From contig CM035357.1 of the NCBI GenBank assembly GCA_020137815.1, positions 7,130,001 to 7,194,000 on the forward strand: 64,000 nucleotides of DNA, given 5' to 3'. The DNA is from Hormiphora californensis (taxonomy: Eukaryota; Animalia; Ctenophora). Shown here piece after piece: positions 33,401-46,523 of the stretch; the stretch's first letter is position 1; every line of letters starts with the position of its first letter. Under the pieces are notes generated by a model. The model was not told the origin of the DNA. It saw nothing but the letters and a program-made list of their open reading frames with translations, and did not search any database. A program made the translations under genes and the position numbers.

Positions 33401-36400
33401 TACAAATGCCCCCGATCAAACGAATTATTTAAACTTGGTTATAATACAAAACCGCGGTGTAAGTACATGTTTTTCCCTTCACCTATATGCCCCTCCGATC
33501 CCGGGTTCTACCAGGCTTGCGGATTCGGAGAATGTGCTGGTTACAATGAGCTAGGTGGAAAACCAATCCTTTGTGGAACATACATTTGCAAGAGGCCCAA
33601 TTATTCATATCCCGTGGCAGGTACTGAGAGTGAGTTTCGGTGTCGTGGGTTTGGGAGTTGCACTAATACCGACCTCAACATGGTTGGCTGCAGTGAGGGA
33701 AACCTGAAATGTAACAATAAATGTGATGAGTCGGAATGTATCGACGAATCATTTTGCAACGGTGTGCAGTACGGAGTGTGGTGCGAAAGAAAGGGAGTTA
33801 AGACTTGGATTCGTCCTTATTTTATGTGCGATGTAGTTTTTCGGCAATGTGACAATGATGAAGATAGGAAAGGATGCTTTGATTTCAAAGATTTGGATCA
33901 TACAAAATGTCGTGGAGAAAGGTATCCATGGTTTTTTGAATATAAAATCCAACAAAGTATGAGGTGTACCCTTCCTGAAATATCTTTTGTAACAATGGAC
34001 AGGACCAAACCAATTGCAGTGATCCAGAACGGGTTGTAATGCAGTGCCTCTCCCAGGGTTACCCTACCACGATCTCTCTCTGGGGGTATTGCAATGACTA
34101 CCAACTTTGTGATGACGGGTACAATAACGCTTGTGTTGAACCTGAACCAGATTGTAAAATCCATAAGGGGCAGCTGTACGATGGGTACCGTGACTGTACT
34201 AATGGAGAGGATGAAACTTATAAAGATCTCACCAAAGTAACATGTATCAGAAGATTTCACTCTTCGCACGAGGACAAAAACATGTCCCTTCCGATTCCAT
34301 TGGGTTGGGTCATGGACGGTGAAGTGGACTGTCTGGACGGAATGGATGAAGATGAAACGCAGTGGTTGACATGTGGAAAAGATTATTACACCAGATACCA
34401 AGAAAATGGAACGGAATGTCAGGATGTTCTTCTCTGTCCAGCGGAGAGAAACTTCATTGACTTGGACAAACTTTGCGACCGAATTAACACGTGCTCCTTT
34501 GAGACTAAGTTGTGTGAAGCAGCCCGGCAGTCTGGTATCGATGTTAGCAGGGAACTAGTAAACCCATACGTTAGTTACTCTGGTATACGATTTACTCAGC
34601 ACTGTTTTCCTAAAGGAGCTTCAGAGTTGGAAAAGCATCTGGGACAGTGTCACACAATTGAGCACAGGGCTGGAGTAGTTAAGACTGTGCTGGAAGTTCA
34701 ACAACCCATTTTAGTATCGCTTCCTGAAATAAAAACCAGCTGTTCTCACTTATTTGGAGAGCAATACGTCTATGCAGCGTGTAATCAAATCTGCATGAAT
34801 GCTAAATGCCCCCTTAAGCCGGTTTCTGGAGACACCTGTGAAAACATGAAATCTTTGAGAGTTCGAGCTCTCGCAGACACTGTTGATCCAAGCCTAACGA
34901 CACTGGTAAAAACATCCAAGGATCCTGGTTTTTATGATAACAAGATTTTCCCGTGCGACAATAAAAACTGTGTTCCCTACGACAATGTTTGTGACCTAAA
35001 GGACGACTGTGGAGATGGATCCGATGAGAACAACTGTGAGAATAATTTCCAGTGCAACAACAGCGAAATATTGGAGCTGATTGTCCTTTCTCGAGTGTGC
35101 GATGGCGTGGTCCACTGCAGAGATTTTTCTGACGAGTGCTTGGAAACTTGTCCTTCTACAAACAAGAACATTTTTGGCAATATTGTTTGGAGGTCTATAA
35201 GCATAATCATGGGTTTAGTGTCAACATCTTGCAACACTATCTCACTCGTGAAATCGATCTGGGAGCTACCCCGCCAAACGTCCTACGAAATGTTCCTCAA
35301 TAAAGCAGCTATCCTCATGATCTGCTTAGGCGATTTTATGGTCGGTATCTACCTTTTACTGATCTCCTACTTCGATGTCGTCTACAACGCTGGCGGCAAC
35401 TACTGTCGGGAAAAGTATCAATGGTTAAGCTCCAACGAGTGTTCTTTCCTTGGCGTCCTGAGCACCACGGGATCTCAATTGTCACTCTTTGCGATGACTA
35501 TGCTTAGTTTGACAAGAGTGGCAAATATTGGGAACCTCATTCAACGAGAGTGTTCCAGCTATAAGTCTGTCGCCAAGATTGGACTTCTGTTGGCTAGCCC
35601 TTTCCTGGCGAGTATCTCCATTGCGGTTATCCCGGTGTTATCTTTAACCGAGGACTACTTCGTAAATGGGTTGTACTATCATAAATCTCCACTGTTCTTC
35701 AGTCCCGTCACCAAGACTAACCACTACAACGCATTTAAAGAGTATTTTGGTGGTCGCTCCACTTCTTGGGAAAAAGCTTCGTTCTCCTGGGAAGAAATCC
35801 GGTCGATGGTGAAAGAGATGTTCACATCTGATTACGGAGGTAAGCATGCAATGCTAGATGTTTTTACTTGAAGCGATGTCTCCCCCCATCATTAACACTA
35901 CATATTATTACATTTTATGTTATAATTTTTTTCATATTTTTTTCAGGAATTAAAAACTCCACAGTACACTTCTATGGAAATGATGGAGTGTGTGTATTCA
36001 AGTACCTGGTTACCCGTGATGATCCTCAGTGGGTGTTTTCTGCCATCATCCTACTGATCAACTTCCTGTGTTTTGTATTCATCGCCGTCAGCTACGGATA
36101 CATAAACTACAAAACCCAGGTATCGAATAGAAACGTGGGTCGAGGAACATCAAGCAGTGCACTTCAAGCAAAAATTTCCGCTATAATTTTAACGGACTTC
36201 TTCTGCTGGATACCCCTGAGTATCGTCTCTTTTCTCCACCTGTCGGAGGCTATTGATGCAATTAGTTGGTATCCCTTCTTCTCTATTCTCATTCTACCAA
36301 TAAACTCGGTTATAAATCCTCTGCTGTACGACTCCAACCTTTACGCAAGTATAATTATGCGGCCAGTACGATCTTTTACCCGTAGAGTGAGAACCATCAG

Positions 36401-39400
36401 TATGGCTTTAAGATCGAATGCACCGGATACTGCTGAGACGCCTGCAGAAACGATAGACAGTACCCGCCAAGTAACTAGAGAGATGCCTTCAGAAATAGAG
36501 AGTTCTCAAATGCAGGAAACAAGGATGTAAACACTAGCCTATGGATAATAAACACACGATCAGTAGGGGAGGAGTTTGTTGAAGCTTTGATCCGTAATTC
36601 AAAAATGAAACCTGTTTTTTGTGTTATAGAAAAGGACTTTATTCTACTCTGTTATCTTATCGTCGATGCCCATCCCCTGCAATCTTGAATTAAAAATAGT
36701 ATATTCCTCCTCCCTAAATTCAGTACTTCCATTTATGCTTGGAGTGGGGGCCACTGTGGGTGTGTGTGTTAGCGTGTGTTCAAGCATTATGATGCCGCGG
36801 ACGGTGACACCAGCCCTTCAAGGTTGGGACAGCAGTACTTCCATATAATTATTCAAGAATTAACGATATTCCATATAACCCCGTGTAATCTTACACACCA
36901 TGCAGCATTGCAAAGCATTCTTCTAGCTCTCCACGATAATGACACCTGTCACTTAAAAGACATTAAATTAGCACCGATCTGTTAGTGAGTGGAGCCAGAT
37001 ATAATATCTTAATATGACTCACTGTATGAAGTAAACACTAAACAACCAATCAGAACTAGTTATTTAGGTCACGTGACTGGTTATCAGCCAATCAGGGACC
37101 AGTATGTCCTGATTAGGTCGGTTCCTGACTCACTGTATGATGACATCATGAAGTTACTGAAGATTACTCGTCAGGTGACTCAACAGGGAATCCTAGTGTC
37201 TTTATTTCCAATGTTTATTTTCTGGGAGTTCAATCAGGGATCCTTCACTAATAATAATGCGGTGTTTCCCTACCATCTGGCTAATGTAATGTGAGGTCCT
37301 TCACCCCCAGCCTAACCCTCCTTTGTGATGAGAGAGAGAAGGTCGAACAAGGCAACCACAACCCCATTCACTGGATAGTAGTATACTGTAAAACTACTAA
37401 TTTTCGTGAGATTTTTATTTTTGGCTGGAAAATCCGCGAAAATTAATTCCGCGAAAATATTTTGGACGATTTTTTACAGAAAGCTCGTGCAATGAGAAAA
37501 TGCTCACATTTCATTGGTCTATGCCAAGCAGGTCTGGTGTCTCATGGCAATGATGACTGCACTCTTGGCGTAATTACACGGGTGCTTGTAGTGAGAATAC
37601 GGTATCAGTTCAACACGGTATCAGTGAAAAACGGTAAATTGAGACCAATCAGAGCGCCAGGTTGACAACACATGACACCGAAATATATGTATTTCAAATA
37701 CATATGTATTTCAGAAACCGTAATGGTCAAAAACCGTATTATTCAGACACCATATTCCCACTACAAGCAGCACTGTTAGACAATAGACTAGGACCGTGAA
37801 ATGGGGGTAGCAGTGGGATAAGCGAAAATTAAAATCGCGAAAATAGTCAATTTTGATCGAATCGCGAAAAACAACCTTTTTGGTCTTTTTTCACACCTTA
37901 CTTTTTAAATCGCCACTACATTCAGCTCATAAACGGCTAAGAGTTGGGCCTTGAAATTTGGCAGGCATGATCCTTAGATAATAAACTGTGCTTTGAGTGT
38001 AACGATTTTTGATTGAGGCTTCCGTTCCCAAGATATTGAGGTTAACATATTTCACATCTGATATTTTTTAGACGTTAACCTCAATATCTTGGGAACGGAG
38101 GCTCCAATAAAAAATCGTTACACTCAAAGCACAGTTTATTATCTAAGGTTCATGTCTGCCAAATTTCAAGGCCCAACTCTTAGCCGTTTATGAGCTGAAT
38201 GTAGTGGCGATTCGTAAAAATGTTCCAAGTTATTCACCAAAAGGCTACTTTTTGATGAAATATGTTAACCTCAAAATTTAAAGAACTACCAGGAATATCG
38301 CCATAAAATTGCTCACAAATGCTCTACTTAGTGATACCTTACTTTTAGAACAGTTTTTATTGTTTCAATACCTGATCTCTAAGAATTAGAGAGGTTAACA
38401 TTGATTTTGGACCAAAAGTTAACCTCAATTTTCTCCCTAATAGCGCGCGCAAAATCGATTCCGAGTATGTCATCTGGTCCGGCTCGAAGAGCCGGACCAG
38501 ATACCGAAAGTGACTTTTTATACCCCCGGACCCCCCCCTCTGGCCTTTAAGCGCCTTCGGGCTCGCGTAAGCTCACACCGGCTCACACCGGCTCGCGTAA
38601 GCCTTCGGCCCGGTGTGAGAGCTGACAGGCAAGGAACATGCCAACTGGATATTATTGGAAGAAACCAGATATTTCGGTGTATAACACCATCATCAGTAGT
38701 AGCTCAAATGCATGTTTCAGCACGTACTGACGCACTGATTGGCCACGGTTGCGCGTCTTCTTACCGTATCTCCGTTTTCCATTACCGGTTTCCCACTACA
38801 AGCGACCGGGTTACAGCTGGGGGGGGGGGGGGTACAGTGTACACGTAACACACGTTTGTTAACATGTATAACACGCATAAATAGGTTTACGTACCCCCCC
38901 TCCCCTTACCTGCATCGTGTTGCGGTTTGCATCCCGTTGTAGTATTGCGATTGGCTTAATGCTTATACTATAAATAATATCTAACAGCAATGTGTTGCAT
39001 TATATAGCACAAGTTAAAGCATCTTGCATCAAGCTAGTAAAGGCAGGGAATGCCATTTCCTGCCTTTGCTACTTTTCCTAGAAATGGGACATGTGGACAG
39101 GGTTCCCGGATTAAGAGGAGACCAGCACACCCCCTCTCCCTCTCTCACTCCATCTCAGTCATTCAATTCCTCAAACCCTTATCTTTGTCATGGCAGTCGT
39201 GAACCATCCTTCATTTGCATTACTACTTTGTACTGCACTTATTGCATCCGTTAGTGGTACGTATAATACAGCGTTATCTTATGGGCTTACTTTCTTCATA
39301 AAATATTTATGTTATTCTTTTCTACTCGTTAGCACTCACTAATTTCTCTGGATTATATTTTCGTAATATACCATGATTTCCTTGGATACTAGGTGCCAAC

Positions 39401-42400
39401 GTTATTTGTACGGATTACGGAAAAGATATTGGTGGTGGTGGTGGTGGAGATATTGGCAGCTATTATAAAGATCCCATCCCCCGGAATTGTCAAGCCAATG
39501 GCTGGTACCCTAACTTCCGCATTAAACAGGCATCACCTTGCAAACCCGGATGGAAAAAGTTTCAGGGAAAGTGCTACTCTGAAGTACAGGTTCCTGGACC
39601 AAAGGTATACAATGTACAGCATGTATACTATACATGCTATTACGCTATTTGCTTGCCGTAAATCGCGCAAACATCAGATTAGTACGTAATGATTATTAAT
39701 TTATACATACAGTCGGACCCCGATTTAACGGCACCCTCGGGGGAAAGGGTTTTGTCCGTTAAATCGGGGTGTCCGCAAAATCGGGGTCAAATAATGTTAA
39801 TTTTCTATATCGGGGGAAGATTATGCTGCCGTTAAATCGGGGTGCCGCTAAATCGGGGGCCGTTAAATCGGGGTCCGACTGTACTAGCTTCACTCAAAAT
39901 TAAGAATATCGAAAAAATGTTTATTATTAGACTATGTATTTATTTATTTTACCAAAACTAATTGAAATTAGTAGGCCGGAAAGGTTGCCCTATGATTTGA
40001 GCTACCTTTGCCACCGTAACTTGCATGGGGTACAGACAGGGTACAGATGCTTCGTTTAGCTTCAAAAGGGAATTTACTGGTGCCAAAGGTAGCTCAAATC
40101 ATAGGGCAACCTTTCCGGCCTACTAATTTCAATTAGTTTTGGTATAATTTGCATCATTTTTGGGACTTTTTATCCATTTAGATGTAGTAGAAAAAGTACG
40201 AAGAGGATGGAATCGGAAAGTTGAAAATTTTTCATTTTTGACGTCATTTTAACGTCATAAGGCGACGTCACGACGTTATGACGTCATTACAATTACGTAA
40301 TCTCATTGGGATTACCTAGATGAAGATATTGACCAAGTTTGAGATCGATTTCGCTATGGCGAAAAAACCCATATCGTCATATCTGTTTTTAAACAGTCAT
40401 AACACTTTAGACGCGTTTTAAGACCCTTATACGTCTAATTTTGAAAATTCGCAATATAGCTTCTGAAAGTTCAGACAATTCCCGTGGTATAGTCTTCGTT
40501 TTTCGATTAGAATCCGTCTTCAGGGTGTAAATTGAGCTCAAAGAATTTTGGTCAGAGTCTGAAAAATGACGACTTTAAGACGTTCTGTAGGACGTTCCTG
40601 GCGGTGAAAAGGGACCTCACATCGACTAATACACACACATCCAGTAGATCTACCAGCTGTGAAAACGAGAAGTTTCTATCTCTTTTCGTTTTTATTTGCG
40701 TGAATATGGTTTATAAAAAGCGTCTGTTACACTGAATCTTCAGCAAATGGGACCAGTCTGTAACTTCCGTCCCAGATGAGATAGAGACTTGAAATTTTAA
40801 ACTTAAGTAAAAGACCCCAAGCCGGGTATACATTCCAAATTTCAAGTCAATCGGATGAAAGGGAGCGACGCTATAACCTTTCGAAATCCGGTTTTTCAGG
40901 CAAAACACCCATAAAACGTATAACTGCGTTTCTGGCGGCGCTTTTAGGGGGAGGGGGAATGGCAACCTTTGCGCTTGCCAGCGCAGTGACATCATTTTAA
41001 TTTCCTCTTTTAGTTTTTCATGGTGTAAAAATAAGCCATGTATCCCCAGCCCCCAAATAAAGGGGGAAACAGTCGATGAATGAATCTCGGGTTCACGGCT
41101 ATTTACCACTAATACCTGAGATCTTAGGTGATCTGCTATTTCAGGGACATACTCAGGGAATAGCCCTGAGATTATCTCATTGGTCTCACTCTCAGTGAAC
41201 CTTCGAGATTCAGGCACGACTGTTTCCCCAGCTATAAAGTAGACCAGGTATATTCAGTGCTATTCTAATTATTAATTAAATTAATATTCCTAATTATTAT
41301 TACAGCAAAAGAAACCTAGAGAGGCGGAGGAACTGTGTAATAGAGATAATGGGCACATGTTTGTTCCCTCCAATATCCAGGAGATCAAATGGATCAGAGC
41401 GAACACTAAAGCTACCCAAGCTAATTGGATCCATCTGGGCTATTTCTGCGCTCGGCCGGGTTTCTTTGGCCATCCCGACCACAAGCAGATCAAGGTAAAG
41501 AATGTCTATGCAGTAACTGGTGAGGACACACGATCATTTGGACCAAGAATGAAGGAAATAAGATTCAACAGTGGGCCCGGTATGAAGGAAGGTAATGACC
41601 ACCACAAATGTAGTCAATGGATTGCACGAAACGGTGAACTGGGAAGTAAGTGGTGGATAGGAAACTGTGGCGAACGTCAGCCGTGGTTCTGTGAAGCATT
41701 CGATGGCTAAACAACCAATCAGAACTCGTTATTTAGGTCACGTGACTGGTTATCAGCCAATCAGGGACCAGTATTTCCTAAAAGAAATGGTTTCGTTTCC
41801 TGCAGTAACATCACTTATTTTTTTCGTTGAAACGCTGTAAACAATGTGTTTTCCCTGCTTATTTTTCACACTTATCACATCAACGATGCTAACGGGCGAT
41901 AACTAAAAGATGTCGCAAATTTAAAACAGCTGTAGAATTTTTCCCTTATGAGATACAGCTTCGGACCAGTTATAGAACGATTTTTCAGACAATTTTGAAT
42001 CGGAATAGTATACCGGCAAAACCTAAAAAGTTCATTTTTATTGCGATATCTGATCATTTCATCTCATCCCACCAAAGCATGTAGTACGGAGATTTGAAAC
42101 TTCTATGTGATCAGAAATGACTTTTCCGATGAGATAAAATTCTAATAATTGGAGGTTTGGTTGTTCATGCTATAGTCAACGTAACTGCCAAGTTTGAACA
42201 TTTTAGCTCATTAAGAAATTGGTTTTCACGGTCATTAATGTTTCAATAGATCGTCGAAATGGCGATTTCTCAAATTACCTGTAAACTACGCTTTGTTACA
42301 GAAGATTCTGATCAAGCAATTGAGATTTATGAAGTTTGAAACAAAGTTAATTTCGTTCAAAATTGTCTAATAAATCATTCTATCACTGTCCCGAAGCTGA

Positions 42401-45400
42401 ATCTTGAACAGAACAGGTGCTAGAGGTGCTAGAAAAGTGTGTAAATTTCACGTACTAAATGCTTTGGTGGGGCAAAAGGAAATGATGTGATATCGCAATA
42501 AAAACGAACTTTGCCGGTATATTATTCCGATTCAAAATTTTCTGAAAAATCGTTTTATAACTGGCCCGAAGCTGTATCTCAAAAGGGAAAAATTCTACAG
42601 CTGTTTTAAATTTGTGAAATCTTTTAGTTATCACCCATTATACATATATCTATAGATCTCAAATCCATCCCGGCCAAAACAGTAAATCCGGTAGTATGAA
42701 AGATTAGGTCGTGCGCGCCAAATGGCGCCATATGGCGCCAAATGGCGCCATCATATTCGCCAAATGGCGCCACGTGGCGAACAAATGGCGCCATTTGGCG
42801 CCAAAATGTGGCGAGTGTGCACTATCGCCAAATGGCGCCATTTCTGGCGCCAAATGGCGCCATTTGGCGCCAAATCTGGCGCCACGTGGCGCCACGTGGC
42901 GCCAGTGGCGATCGCCATTCGCCAAATGTTGGCGACTCTTGGCGGTATCGCCACGTGGCGATGGTATGAAGTCTGAAAAAAACATGCGCAACAAATTTTC
43001 AATGCTTTCAAAAATATGACGCTCGCCACTCGGCGCCGCGTGGCGCCATTTGGCGAAAAAATCGCCAATTGGCGCCGAACGGCGCCAAATGTCGCCATCT
43101 GGCGCCAAACGTCGCCATTTGGCGCCAAATGTCGCCATATGGCGCCAAGTGGCGACATATGGCGCAAACTGTTTGTCAAATGTTAGTCGCCATTTGTCGC
43201 CAAACGTCGCCATCTGGCGCCAAACGTCGCCATATGGCGCCAAATGTCGCCATATGGCGCCAAATTTTTGTCAAATGTTTGTCGCCATCTGGCGCCACTT
43301 GGCGCCGAACGTCGCCATTTGGCGCCAAATGTCGCCATATGGCGCCAATTGGCGACATATGGCGCAAACTGTTTGTCAAATATTAGTCGCCATTTGTCGC
43401 CAAACGTCGCCATCTGGCGCCAAACGTCGCCATTTGGCGCCAAATGTCGCCATATGGCGCCAAATTTTTGTCAAATGTTTGTCGCCATTTGGCGCCACTT
43501 GGCGCCGAACGTCGCCATTTGGCGCCAAATGTCGCCATATGGCGCCAATTGGTGACATATGGCGCAAACTGTTTGTCAAATATTAGTCGCCATTTGTCGC
43601 CAAACGTCGCCATCTGGCGCCAAACGTCGCCATTTGGCGCCAAATGTCGCCATATGGCGCCAAATTTTTGTCAAATGTTTGTCGCCATCTGGCGCCATAT
43701 GGCGCCACTTGGCGCCGAACGTCGCCATTTGGCGCCAAATGTCGCCATATGGCGCCAAATGGCGACGTTCGGCGCCAAGTGGCGACAAATGGCGACGTTT
43801 GGCGCCAAATATTTGACAAAAATTTGGCGCCATATGGCGACATTTGGCGCCAAATGGCGACGTTTGGCGCCATATGGCGACATTTGGCGCCAAATGGCGA
43901 CTAACATTTGGCAAACATTTTGCGCCATATGGCGCCATTTGGCGCTATATGGCGACATTTGGCGCCAAATGGCGACGTTTGGCGCCAAGTGGCGACAAAT
44001 GGCGCCATATGGCGACGTTTGGCGCCAAATGGCGACGTTTGGCGCCAAATGGCGACGTTTGGCGCCAAATGGCGACAAAAATTTGACAAAAATTTGGCGC
44101 CAATTGGCGACGTTTGGCGCCAAATGGCGACGTTAGGCGCCAAATGGCGCCATATGGCGACAATCGTTTGACAAACATTTGTCGCCATATGGCGCCAAAT
44201 GGCGACAAACGGCGCCATTTGGCGAATTAATCGCCAGTTGGCGCCACGTGGCGCAGAACGGCGAGTGTCCTACTTTGAAAACCAATAAAAATATTATTGA
44301 TACATCGACAATTTGCGCCAAATGGCGATGTTTGGCGATGAGTATCGCCAAGTGGCGCCAAACGGCGCCATATGGCGAAAAATTCGCCGAATGGCGCCAT
44401 TTGGCGCCACTTTGTGACGATTGGCGCCAAACGGCGCCATTTGGCGACGAATGGCGCCAGATGTCGCCAAACGGCGCCATTTGGCGACTTGATCTCCTGA
44501 TCACTTAATGGCGCCAAATGGCGCCATTTGGCGATAACAATTTTGCGCATGTTTTTTTTCAGACTTTGTACCATCGCCACGTGGCGATACCGCCAAGAGT
44601 CGCCAATATTTGGCGAATGGCGATCGCCACTGGCGCCACGTGGCGCCGCGTGGCGCCACGTGGCGCCAGATTTGGCGCCAAATGGCGCCATTTGGCGCCA
44701 GAAATGGCGCCATTTGGCGATAGTGCGCACTCGCCACATTTTGGCGCCAAATGGCGCCATTTATTCGCCGCGTGGCGCCATTTGGCGAATTTGATGGCGC
44801 CATTTGGCGCCATATGGCGCCATTTGGCGCGCACGACCTAATCTTTCATACTACCGTAAATCCTGTATGGGGAGTGGACAGCCTAGTATTTTTAAGCAAA
44901 AATGGGATTGTACCCAAAAATATCATAATCAAGTGTATACAATTCATTCAACTGCATTTGTTTCTCCCTACTTAACTGTTTTATAAACCACCCCCCCCCC
45001 CCCTGCTGATATTTCCCGCAGTCTACTGTGGTATATCAGATAATTCCCTCCCTCTGTTGTCAGTGCCCAATGCCCATTCACACCTTTCATAATTCCGGGG
45101 GTCGGTTTATAACAAATAACCACGGCTAGTAAAGTGATGAAATTTGATAATCCCCTGCTAACGGGGATTATCACACGATATTCCCCTCGTCACTCCGTTC
45201 CTCGTGGATATCGTATTGATATACCAGCCTGTTCGGCTGGTATATCAAATTTCATCCCTCTACTAACCGGGGTTATCTATATTATATAGAGGCTACAACA
45301 AAATGAAGAGCTTGAGCACCGTACCATTGTTCCCATGGTAACGAAAGAGGGGTCTACAGGATAATGAGGTGATGATAATCACCGCGGTGCTCAAGCTCCC

Positions 45401-46473
45401 ATGATCTGAATGAGGGTCTTTCTGTTATACACTACCATTGATATGGCTTCATTTAGAGTTCCTGTCAGTGGTTCAAACTGTGTCATGTGACATTCAATGT
45501 GACCCGTTTTCAACCAATAGGGGTGGAGGGTGTGCGGACTCTAGTGCTACACTCTAAGTCTACAGTGGACTCTATATCTAAATTTAGATTTAGATAAAGA
45601 GTCCAAATAAGTCTAAACTCTAGGAGGACTCTTTATCTAAAAAGTCTACACAGGGCGGACTCTTTATCTAAAAAGTCTAAACATAGTGGACTCTATATCT
45701 ACATAAATCTAATTTAGATATAGAGTCCGCCTTTCGCCGCGAACTCGAGATTTCGGCCGTTAGGGCGGAAACGAGAGTTTGCTCTACCCCTATACTAATT
45801 TAGAAGTGTTAGGGCCGTTATTTGGGTTCGAGGTTAGGGTTAGGGTTAGTGTTAGGGTTAGGTTTTGGGTTGGGTTAGGATTTTAGACATAGAGTCCGGG
45901 TTGGAGGATTTGGCGCCAAAATGTACTAGAGGACTCTATATCTAAAAATTCTACACAGGGGGGACTCTTTATCTAAAAAGTCTACACAGGGAGGACTCTT
46001 TATCTAAACTTTTTTCAAAATCTAACTGTAGATAAAGAGTCCGTTTTTAGATATAGAGTCCGCCTTGGATTTAGATAAAGAGTCCGTTAGCACTAGAGTC
46101 CGCCCACCGGGGTGGAGATGTGAAGTGTGAATGTAATGTGGAATGGGGGGGGGGTGGGTGCGGAGGTTTGGGAATTGATGAGATCTCTTCGGTCATCTAA
46201 AACTTCGAACAAATGTGAGAATAAAAAGTAAAGAAACAAATTGGAATAAAATCACGTCCTTTGCTTTGGTAAATCCGAAATTGAATAATTGCTGATGGAA
46301 CCCTGCTAGAGATAGAAGAATTGACTCTCTCCCTCTCACAATATCACACATTCTCTCTCTCTCTCCCTGATGATGAAAAACAAGTCCAGCAGGAACATTT
46401 CTACGGGTCCATTCTCAAGTGGATTCCAAGCTAATTCAGCTAAACCTGGTCACTGGTACTCACAGGTACCCTT

Positions 46474-46523
<50 letters not shown>

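Noticed and set aside
41195-41247. Possible extra lectin exon (EPSRFRHDCFPSYKVDQ)
   Set aside because: Phase does not fit exon 2, and the CTLD is complete without it.
42704-44841. Dozens of overlapping MAPNGAIWRH-type ORFs, or a CRISPR-like array
   Set aside because: Stop-poor 11-bp repeat read in six frames; no unique spacers or cas genes; eukaryotic TIR/TSD context.
45823-45880. True telomere or chromosome fusion site
   Set aside because: Short, degenerate and internal to a TSD-flanked MITE.
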